From Chiloscyllium plagiosum (lineage: Eukaryota): a DNA stretch of 64,000 nt. The DNA is taken from positions 3,006,379 through 3,070,378 of the forward strand of contig NC_057751.1 of assembly GCF_004010195.1 (NCBI RefSeq), read 5' to 3'. Below the pieces are notes generated by a model. The model searched no databases. It was not told the DNA's origin and saw only the letters and a list, made by a program, of their open reading frames with translations. Made by a program: the position numbers and the translations under genes. Positions 1 to 9,500 of the stretch are shown in pieces; position 1 is the first letter of the stretch; the number at the start of each line of letters is the position of its first letter.

Positions 1-289
1 CTCTTCTTACTCCAGCTCTGTCAATCAGCATCCAAGCCCAACTGAGCATGTATTTCATTCACAAGGTTTTGCTGGTTGCTCGTGGAATGAGAAGGAATTA
101 AAGCTTACATCTATCAGAGAATGATGGTCTCAGCACCAGATGATTTCTTTAGGCTCCCCATTCTTTGCTTGCATCTGTAGTGGGTGCAGACTGAGGGAAA
201 GCTTCCTCAGGTATGACTGTAACTGTGTGACTGGAACAGACAGCTTGTCTGTTTAAGAGGCAAGTCACAGCAAAATACAGCAGATGCTT

Positions 290-465
290 AAAAACCTGAA
301 ACAAAAACAAAGTGCTGGGCAAACCCAGCAGGTCTGGCAGTGTCTGTGGAGAGAGAAACGAGAACAGAGAGAGAGTCACAGTAGACTGGAAACATTCACT
401 ATTTCTCTCTCCACAGATGCTATGAGACCTGCTGAGTTTCTCCAGCACTCTGTGTTTTATGCCTG
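290..465. mobile_element. inverted pair of PLE-type terminal repeat fragments (family D)
   Basis: GTGCTGGGCAAACCCAGCAGGTCTGGCAGTGTCTGTGGAGAGAGAAA is mirrored by TTTCTCTCTCCACAGATGCTATGAGACCTGCTGAGTTTCTCCAGCAC. Related decayed copies near 4750, 7650, 19320, 25140, 33620, 33880 and 50100. Confidence 0.6.
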
Positions 466-1291
466 TTGTAGTGATTGGCTCAGTCCAGCATGCTCTAATC
501 CAATAGTTACAGCACTGACTGATGCTTGATATTTACCTGAGTGTACAAATTGGACTCTATTTTAGTCCTTCACTCAGTTTGTGCTGTTGAAGGGTTATAT
601 TTGAAGTTTGTGTGTTGCTGTTCCTGATGGAAGAGCCAGTTAGTGCATGATCTTGCATCTTCCAAGTGTTGGGGTGAGTTGGGGGTTCTTTCCAATCCAT
701 CCCTCCAACACAAAGTCAGGCAACAGCAAAGAGAGACTTTGGGTGTCAGAGGTGAACCCGTGTCATAGGGTACACAAAGTGTCTGTACAAGATCCTGGTC
801 AGTGTTGGGCCCCTTATCTCAGGAAGGATGTGCTGGGAATTAAATAGCCAGGGGTACCAGACTATTCGGAAGGATAGACAGGAATGCAAGGAAGGTGGTG
901 TAACTCTGATATTCGAGAACAACATCAGGGCAGTGCTGAGAGATGATATAGGCTCTTTGGAGCATACAGTCAAATCCATTTGGGTGGGAATTAGAAATTC
1001 TGAGAAGAAAAAGTCACTGTTAGGGGTAGTCTATAGGCCACCAAATAATAACATCACATCAGGGCGGGCAATAAACAAAGAAATTACTAATGACTGTAAA
1101 AATAGTAAGGCAATTATCATGGAGGATTTTAATCTACATGTCAATTGGTCAAACCAGCTCAGCCAGGGCAGCTTTGAGGAGGAATTCATTGAGTGTATCT
1201 GTGATAGTTTTCTTGAACAGTATGTAATGGAACCGACGAGGGAGCAACCTATCCTAGATCTGGTCCTGTGTAATAAGACAGGAATAATTAA

Positions 1292-1374
1292 GAAGGGCCT
1301 GTGCCCGAAACGTCGAATCTCCTGTTCCCTGGATGCTGCCTGACCTGCTGTGCTGTTCCAGCAATAAAGTTTCA
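1292..1374 (+). mobile_element. 83-bp PLE terminal-repeat insertion (family A), 14-bp TSD
   Basis: ACAGGAATAATTAA at 1278-1291 and 1375-1388; removing the insert restores the CR1 frame. Confidence 0.85.
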
Positions 1375-1814
1375 ACAGGAATAATTAATGACCTTATAGT
1401 TAGGGATCCTCTTGGAAGGAGCGATCACAATATGGTTGAATTTAGAATACAGATGAGGAGTGTAAAGATAAAATCCAATAGCAGGGTCCTGTGCTTAAAC
1501 AAGGGAGACGACAAGAGAATGAGAGAGGACTTGGCTAAAGAAGACTGGAAACAAAGAGTTTATGGTGGGGCAACTGACGAGCAGTGGAGGACTTTCAAAG
1601 CAATTTTTCAACGTGCTCATGAAAATTATATTCCAGTGAAAAGGAAGATCTGTAAGAAAAGGGGTACTCTGCCATGGGTGTCTAAGAAAATAAGGGACAC
1701 TATCAAATTGAAAGAGAAGGCGTACAAAGTGGCCAGAACAGCAGGAAACTAGAAGATTGGGAAAACTTTAAAGGTCAACAGAAAGCCACAAAAGAACTGT
1801 AAAGTTTTCCCAAT

Positions 1815-1916
1815 CTTGCAAACTCCACACAGTCAGTCGCCTGAGGCGGGAATTGAACCCGGGTCTCTGGCGCTGTGAGACAGCAGTGCTCACCACTGTG
1901 CCACCGTGCCACCCAC
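1815..1916 (-). mobile_element. tRNA-derived V-SINE 5' fragment (HE1-like)
   Basis: Reverse strand reads GGTGGCACGGTGGCACAGTGGTGAGCACTGCTG...GGTTCAATTCC, with A/B boxes. Confidence 0.8.
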
Positions 1917-3140
1917 CGTACCTCCGCTTTTGAGGAGGAGAAGAGGCATTTAGTTATGGGATATGATGAAACGGCCAAGGCACTGAAGAGGTGTTTGTAT
2001 TGGTCTTCACAGTGAAGGGCACCAATAACATGCCAGCAATTGACAAAGAGACAAATGTAAGTGAGGACCTGGAAAAAAAATCATTATTACTGCAGACGTA
2101 GTGTTGGGCAAGCTATTGGAGCTAAGGATAGACAAGTCTCCTAGCTCTGATGGAATGTATCCCAGGGGACTAAACAACATGGCGGGAGAAATAGCAGGTG
2201 GGCTGGCAGTAATTTTCCAAAATTCGCTGGACTCTGGGGCAGTCCCAGCAGATTGGAAAATTGCAAATGTGACGCCGTGGTTTAAAAAGGGAAGTGGACA
2301 AAAGATGAGGAATTATAGCCCAGTGAGCTTAACCTCTGTAGTGGGGATGATGCTTGAGTTTATTATTAATGAAGAAATAGCAGGGCATCATGAAAGAAAT
2401 TGTCCCATTGTACAGACACAGCATGGGTTCATGAAGGGCAGGTCATGCTTCACATATCTTTTGGAATTCTATGAAGACATTTCAAGCAAGGTAGACAACA
2501 GGGACCCAGTGGATGTGGTGTACCGAGATTTGTAAAAGGCCTTTGACAAGATACCACACATGAGGCTGCTGCATAAGATAAGAATGTGTGGTGTTAGGGT
2601 AGAGTATTAGCCGTGGATAGAGGATTGTTTGACTGAAGGAAGCAAAGAGTGGGGATAAATGAGTGGTATTCTGGCTGGCAATCAGTGACTAGTTGTGTGC
2701 CTCAGGGATCAGTGTTGGGACCACAATTATTTACAATTTAGAGAGATGATTTGGAGTTAGGGACCACGTGTCTGCAGGTACAACAAGTAATTAGGAAGGC
2801 AAATGGAATTTTTTCCTTCATTGCTGAAGGGGTTGAGTTTAAAAGCAGAAAGGTAATGTTACAGCTGTACAAGGTGCTGGTGAGGCCACACCTGGAGTAC
2901 TGTGTGCAGATTTGGTCTCCCTATTTAAGAAAGGATGTACTGGCACTTGAGGGAGTGCAGAGGAGGTTCACCCCGAGGTTGATTCCAGAGTTGAGGGGGT
3001 TGGCTTATGAGGAGAGACTGAGTAGACTGGGATTATATTCATTGGAATTCAGAAGAATGAGGGGGAGGGGGGAATCTTATAGAAATGCATAGAACTATGA
3101 AGGGAATTGATAAAATAAAAATAGACAGGATGTTTCTACA

Positions 3141-3283
3141 AGGTAAAAACAATGACTGCAGATGCTGGAAACCAGATTCTGGATCAGTGGTGCTGGAAGA
3201 GCACAGCAATTCAGGCAGCATCCGAGATTTTGCTGCTCGTCGGATGCTGCCTGAATTGCCGTGCTCTTCCAGCACCACTGATC
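3141..3283. mobile_element. inverted PLE terminal-repeat insertion (family A), 15-bp TSD
   Basis: CAGGATGTTTCTACA at 3126-3140 and 3284-3298; 46-bp inverted repeat at 3180-3225 and 3240-3285. Confidence 0.85.
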
Positions 3284-3609
3284 CAGGATGTTTCTACAGG
3301 TGGGTAAACCGAGAACAAGAGGGCATGGCCTCAAGATGAGAGGAAGCAGGTTTAGAACTGTACTGAGAAGGAACTTCTTCACCCAGAGGGTTGTGAATTG
3401 ATGGAATTCCTTGCCAGGGAAGCAGTTGATGCTACTTCAGAAATCACTTTTAAAGCTAAGGTAGATACTGCTGTGAAAAATAAAGGAATTAAGGGACATG
3501 GTGAGAGGGCGGGTAAGTGGAGCTGAGTCTAAGAAAGGATCAGCCGCGATCTTATTGCGTGGCAGAGCAGGCTCAAAGGGCTGGACGGCCTACTCCTGCT
3601 CCTTTTTTG

Positions 3610-4090
3610 CAAGGTTTTAGAAGGATTCCCGAGGAGGTTAATGTGAATGAATGCAGGGATGAAAGGCTTGTCGTGTGAGGAGCGGTTGATGATTCTGGGT
3701 CTGCATTTGATGGAGTTTAGAAGGATGAGGGGAATCTGATTGAAACTTACAGAACACTGATAGGTCTGGACAGAGTGGTCACAAACATGTTTCCACCAGT
3801 AGCAGAGACTAGGACCTGAGGGCACAGCCTCAGAGTGAAGGGACAACCCTCTCGAACTGAGATGAGGAATTTCTTCAGCCAGAGGCTAATTAATCTGTGG
3901 AATTCATTACCACAGAGGGCTGTGGAGGCCATGTCTTGAATGTATTTAAGAGAGAAACACAGAACCTTGATTATTAACTGCATCAAAGGTTCTGTGGAGA
4001 AGGCAGGTTAATGGAGTTGAGGAACATATCAGCCATTATCAAGTAGCAGAGCAGTTGATGGGCCAAATTATCTAATTCTGTTCTGATACC
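3610..4090 (+). mobile_element. CR1 LINE 3' fragment
   Basis: Same C-terminal and tail motifs as the element upstream (GAGATGAGGAATTTCTTCAGCCAGAGG...TGTGGAATTC). Confidence 0.8.
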
Positions 4091-4216
4091 TTTTAGTCAG
4101 CTGATAGTTAGATCCACATTAACAGCCAGTTTGGGTGGAACAGATTGCTTGGCCACACCAGAGACTGCATCTGTTCCTGCTGCTCGCTGTGTATTGGAAG
4201 GATTGACACCCTGGCA

Positions 4217-4338
4217 GTTCCTGATGAAGGGCTCCTGCCCGAAAAGTCGTTTTTCCTGCTCCTGAGATGTTGCCTGACCTGCTGTGCATTTCCAGCACCA
4301 CTCTAATCTTGACTGTAATCTCCAGCAGTCCTCACTTT
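4217..4338 (+). mobile_element. 122-bp hammerhead-headed PLE terminal-repeat insertion (family A), 10-bp TSD
   Basis: CACCCTGGCA at 4207-4216 and 4339-4348; begins GTTC-CTGATGA-A-GGGC-tcct-GCCC-GAAAA-GTC. Confidence 0.8.
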
Positions 4339-5217
4339 CACCCTGGCAATTACCTCCTCCTGTGGGTCAAGGCAGTCAGTCGACCTGCTAAGTGCATTCT
4401 AAATCATTGAGGGCGAAGAAATGAAACATTTACATTCCAAATGTTTTAATTAAAAATGAATCACTGCTGCTGTTCAATCAGAGATGACCCCCCCCCCCCC
4501 CCCCCCCCGATTCTCTGAAAGGATTCGGAAGATTCTGTTCTTTGTCCTGTCACAGGAAGGTTCAGTTTGGGGCCTGCTTGCTGTATTCTCCATGGTAGGG
4601 AAGAGATTACTTACGCAGAGTACTCATGAGGGTAGCTGAAACTGCAGCTCCGAAATGTTGCAGCAAAGATGAGGAATGACAGATTGCTGTCAATCCTCAC
4701 AGTGAAACACAGCGACATGCTCCACATTGACATGCTTTCACCATCTCTGGGAACATCTGTGAGTCTGAAAGACCTGCTGAGTTCCTCCGGCATTCTGCTG
4801 TTCATATTTTCCAGCCTCTGCATCCTTTTTATTTAATTTGAGTGATTTTCCCATGGCCTAAGGTAGACAAGCTCCAGTGCATCAGCCACTCAGGAAGAGA
4901 AGCAAGCCATTCACATCTTCTCCTCCAATTGATTCGATCTTCGTGAATCCCTTTCTTAATTCCACCAACATGTTTTGTCCCAATAAACCCAAGTGTCCGT
5001 GAACAAGACAAGTTTGGTAATTTTTCAACTGCTTCTTGAGACCTTGTGGGTCAGATTACCACTGCCCTTTCTTTGAAAGTATGCGTTAAGACGTCAGCTC
5101 TTAATCATTCTGATCTTGCCAAGCCCTGGCCCCCATTCAACTTCAACAATGGTGTCTCCAATCCGGTCTAGTTATTTACCACTTGCATTGTAGCTGTGGT
5201 CTTGCCTTGAGAAGACT

Positions 5218-5340
5218 GATGTGGAGGTGCTGGTGTTGGGACTCGGGTAGACAAAGTCAGAAGTCTCACAAAACCAGGTTACAGCCCGACAGGTTTATTT
5301 GAAATCCCAGGCTTTCGGGACACTGCTCCTTCATCAGGTG
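5218..5340 (-). mobile_element. PLE-type terminal repeat (family B) with decayed hammerhead motif
   Basis: Reverse strand CAC-CTGATGA-A-GGAGC-agt-GTCCC-GAAAGCC; related to 42640-42806. Confidence 0.65.
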
Positions 5341-5414
5341 TTTTTGATAAAGAAGAGCACTCAGACACAGAATTGAAAGGCAGGGAGCTCAAAAGCTCAA
5401 AGAATTCTCCTGAT

Positions 5415-5603
5415 ATCTGCGTGGGTTTCCTCCCACAGTCCAAAGACGTGCAGGTTAGGGTGAATCGGCCATGCTAATTTGCCCGTAGTGTTAGGTGCAT
5501 TAGTCAGAGGGAAATGGGACTGGGTGGGTTACTCTTCAGAGGGTCAGTGTGGACTTGGAGGGAAGAAGGGCCAGTTTCCACACTGCAGGGAATCTAATCT
5601 AAT
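5415..5603 (+). mobile_element. V-SINE 3' part
   Basis: V-domain CCTCCCACAGTCCAAAGACGTGCAGGTTAGG and tail ending in (AATCT)n. Confidence 0.8.
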
Positions 5604-6243
5604 CTCAGAACTGGTGTGAGTGGAATGTGGAAGCCGGGGACAATATTCGACACTCCACTCACAGCAGCATCAGGAGGGATATGGGCCAAGCGCTGGCAAA
5701 CGGGACAACATCCATTCAGGATATCGGCTCGGCATGGACGGGTTGGACTGAAGGGTCTGTTTCCGTGATGTACGTCTCTGTAACTCCGTGTGGCGAGGGG
5801 TGTGAGGGCTACGCCGGAGGACGGGACGGGACGGGACGGGGACGGAGTAACTCTTTCCGTGAGCCGGCGCCGTGAACCCGAGGAGCAAGTCAACGAATCA
5901 CACGAGGCCGGGCGAGGACCCAGCGGGTTCGCCCGAGGGACCACAGGCTTTGGGAGGGTGCCCCCCCCCACCCCCATCGTCGGGGGAGGGGGCAACGCCA
6001 CTGAAAAGCCTGTGATCTCAAAAAATGCCAAACCGCCGGGTGATTGTCGTTGCACTTGGTCCACCCCAGTCCAACATCATGAGGAAGCAGTGGCCTCGCG
6101 GGATCATGGGGTTGGAGGGGGCGCTGTGAATTTCGGTTGCGCACCCGGAATAGGGCAGCGGTGCGTCCTCGCTTTAAGAGGGAGGCGGGCTGTGATTGGT
6201 GGAGAGCTGGGCCCCACCCACCCCCCCTCAGGGCGGGGACAAG

Positions 6244-6303
6244 ATGGCGGCGAGCTGGTGGAGGAGGCGGCGGCGCCGCCGGAGAAGGAGAAGCTCCGAT
6301 TGA
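6244..6303 (+). other. candidate upstream ORF MAASWWRRRRRRRRRRSSD*
   Basis: AAGATGG is a strong start context; 19 codons plus TGA, ending 25 nt before the gmcl1 ATG. The TSS position is unknown. Confidence 0.45.
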
Positions 6304-6328
6304 GAGAGAAACAAAACCGGGAAGGTCA

Positions 6329-6501
6329 ATGGGCGGCCTAGGCAGCCGGCTGGTGTCCGCCGCCCTCCCCTCGGGCGCCTCCAATTGCCAATGCGAGTGC
6401 GAGCGGAGGAAGCGCAAACGGCGGCGCGGGGAGGAGGATGGAGACGACGACGACGACGAGAGCGGGAGGCCCGAGGCCTTGGAGGCGGCCGGGCCGCGGA
6501 G
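6329..6501 (+). CDS. gmcl1: gmcl1 exon 1, coding part (MGGLGSRLVS...RRKRKRRR...AAGPR)
   Basis: ATG in the CpG island; MGxxxS N-terminus; basic and acidic tracts; donor AG|GTGAGG, phase 2, joins exon 2 to give PRRKKLK. Confidence 0.9.
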
Positions 6502-9500
6502 GTGAGGGGCGCATGCGCAGCGTCTCCCCCGCCCCCGGCGGCGGTTGGTCACGTGGCTCCGCGCGCTGGAGGTAGGTCACGTGCCCCTCCGCGGCGTCGA
6601 GGGCGGAACTGGGCGCGTGCGCGACGTGGCCGGCTGGGAGTCACGTGACCCGTATAAGCTGAACAGTCCTGGTCCACTTTGTCCCTTGTACCTTTCCAAG
6701 CCCAGTGCAGGGAGGTTGCTGCAAACCACAGGACTCTGCACTGAGCATCCCCAGAGCAGGCATTTGTGCACTGGCACCTTGCCTTAAGTGCAGGGAAAGT
6801 GGAATTGTAGGAACCTCCCGCCTCTAGTGGTTAGCAGGAACCAAACGGGTAGAAGGGCCTCAGTGCATGCTGCGGGTACCTCCCTAGTACACCTCAATAC
6901 CCGTTCTCGCCCGTCATTGATATCTTGACTTGCGCCCAGGTCAGAGTGGATTCAGGGTTCCCGGAAATGTGGGTGCCCCTTCCTACCCCATTCCAGGGTC
7001 GGTGTGTCACGCTTGGGAATATTCTGATTGGTTTTGTGTCCTGTATCCTGATGTTAGAGGGGGGTGTCTGGAATAGGTTTCCACGAGTGGATTGGAAATG
7101 AAGGATTGTGGGTCTGTGTTTGATGGAGTTCAGAAGGAGTGAGGAGCGATCTGATGGTCGCATTGGGAATACTGAAGAGCCTGGATACAGGGCAGATCCA
7201 AAAGGTTCTTCCATGCGGAGGAGATGCTGGTATCCAAGGGCACAGTCTCAGAACGAAGGGACAACCTTTCAGAACTGACGTGAGGAGCAATTTCTTCGGC
7301 CAGAGGGTAGTGAATCTGTCCAATCATTACAACAGAAGACTGTTAAGGTCAAGTCATGGAGCATTTCTAAAACAGTCATACTTTGGTTCCTGATTTGGTA
7401 AAGGGATTATTGGTTAAGGGGAGAAAGCAGGAGACTGAGATTGAGTAACATTTCAGCCATGATTGAATGGGAGAGTAGACTTGATGGGTCAAATGGCCTA
7501 ATTGGACACTCATACCTTCTGGCCTTAAACCCGTCGTTCAAGAAACAGTGAATGACGCTGAGTGCCAGACAGACTTACGAACATGCAGAGAGGAAGGAGA
7601 TAGAGTGACCATTGCCAGCCCATTCATGCTCTCAAGAGGAGCCTGATTGCACTTGAAACATGCTCCTTTTTTCTCTCTCTGTGGATGCAGCTGAACTTGT
7701 GTTTCTCCAGCACATTGTTTTCATATTCCAGTATTTGCTGTCTGTCCAGGTTCTATTAACAGGGAGGCCATTCTGCCCGTTGAGCCTGCTCTGCCATTCA
7801 GTAAGGTCACAGTTGATCGAACTGCAACTTTGAAGCCACATTCCCACCTATCTCCGATAATTTTTCACCCCCTTGCTTGGCAACAATCGATCTGCCTTTG
7901 CCTTACAAAGATTTATTGCCTCTTTTCTTGAAGAGGTGAAAAGGCTAAAAGAGTAACTACCCTCGGAGAACAAACAATTTCACTAAACTTAGGGTGTAGG
8001 TTTGATATCCAGACGATTCATTACCTGGCTGGGTAACATCATCAGTGGCAACCTCCAAGTGAAGTGAAGCTGTTGCCTCCTGCTTTCTATTTATATCTAA
8101 TTATGGCCTAATTTCTGCTCCCATGTCTGAGGGTATCCATTCTCAGTGTTGTGAAATAACTTCTCAACTATTTCTCAATTCATTGCTGTTGACCGGTCGT
8201 TTACCAATTTACTCTACGACAATCTCCCTGAAATAATTTCTGAAAAAAAAAAGTCTCCCCTCCACACTGCTTAGAGTGATCGGTTATTTTCAGAGTCCCT
8301 ATAGTGTGCAAGCGGATCATTCAGCCCAGTGAGTCCAAAGGGACCTGCAAACAATATCCCACCGGGACTAATTCCTGAACCTATCTCTGTCACCCTGTAT
8401 TTCCCATGGGTAATCCATCTCGTCTGCACATGGCTGGGCTGTGGGAGGATATGCAAACTCCAGGCAGTCATCTGCGGCTGGAATCAAACCTGGGTGCCTG
8501 GTGCTGTCAGGCAGTAGTGCTAACCACCGAGGTTGGTGGGTGTGATGGCCAGACCTATCCTTCTGCAATTTAGACCCAGACCCAGGTGAGGATCCTGTGC
8601 TTGAGGTTAAGATAGGTAACCAGTAGCTGAACTGGTGACCATTCAGTGGCAGTGCCAGATTCACTGTAAAGTTCAGGAAGACAGTGCGCTGGATGATCCT
8701 TTGGGAAAAGGATGGTCTTTGTATGAGGTACGTGAGAGTCCAGCTGGAGGAAACTAGGTCATGCAGCCTTTTCCCTGGGCAGACTGCTGGTGACCCTGAA
8801 AGATTGGAGGCTGCTGCAAGTTTCAGAACAGCAAACTGTGAGGTTTGGAGTAATGCTGAGGACGAGCTGTGGGCATGTAGCCATCAGGTCTGACTCTGAG
8901 GGAGCTTGGTCAGTTCACACAGCACTCTGAATAAATCTCAGTCTTCACAGCGTGCTCCACCTTAGTATCCCAGCTGATTAAAGAACCATCCCAAATGTCT
9001 ACTGCATCACGATTTGTTTTAGTTGTATTATTACAGCAGGCTCCATTCTCTTCTTTTCACAGGAAAAAGTTGAAAAGCACTTCCAAGTATATTTACCAAA
9101 CTCTCTTCCTCGCTGGGGAAAACAGTGACATCACCATCTGTGCTCTGGGACAGGAATGGCATCTTCACAAGATTTATCTCTGTCAGGTAGGATATGTCCA
9201 CCTTTACGGGGTGTCCCTGTGTCAGAGAGAGGGCACTGTCCCCTTTACGGGGTGTCCCTGTGTCAGGGGGAGGGGGAGGGCACTGCCCCCTTTACGGGGT
9301 ATCCGTGTGTCAGAGAGAGAGGGCACTGCCCCCTTTACGGGGTGTCCCTGTGTCAGGGGGAGAGAGGGCACTGCCCCGTTTACGGGGTGTCCCTGTGTGA
9401 GGGGGAGGGCACTGCCCTCTTTACGGGGTATCCGTGTGTCAGAGAGAGAGAGGGCACTGCCCCCTTTACGGGGCGTCCCTGTGTCAGAGAGAGAGGGCAC

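Larger units (their letters stand above)
820..3605 (+). mobile_element. CR1-clade LINE, decayed ORF2 (APE endonuclease plus partial RT) and 3' tail
   Basis: GVVYRPP, DFN, LDLVL..SDH endonuclease motifs; DWKIANVTP, QHGFMKGRSC and LVRPHLEYCVQ RT/C-terminal motifs. An internal deletion near 2770 removes the catalytic region, and three nested insertions interrupt the element. Confidence 0.92.
5780..6660. promoter_or_regulatory. CpG-island promoter of gmcl1
   Basis: Sharp rise in GC and CpG. Motifs: ETS-like CCGGAA near 6145, reverse CCAAT near 6195, GC box 6231-6237, YY1-type CAAGATGGCGGC 6240-6251, NRF1-type GCGCATGCGC 6509-6518, CACGTG E-boxes at 6550, 6578 and 6642. Confidence 0.85.

Noticed and set aside
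828..3092. Active LINE ORF2
   Set aside because: Stops, frameshifts, nested insertions and deletion of the catalytic RT region.
4611..4823. 70-aa minus-strand ORF as a divergent protein gene
   Set aside because: Its start lies in a repeat fragment and it resembles no protein I know; kept only as a possible non-coding exon.
5594..6787. Overlapping ORFs on both strands in the CpG island
   Set aside because: Expected in GC-rich DNA; only the frame from ATG 6329 splices into recognisable protein.
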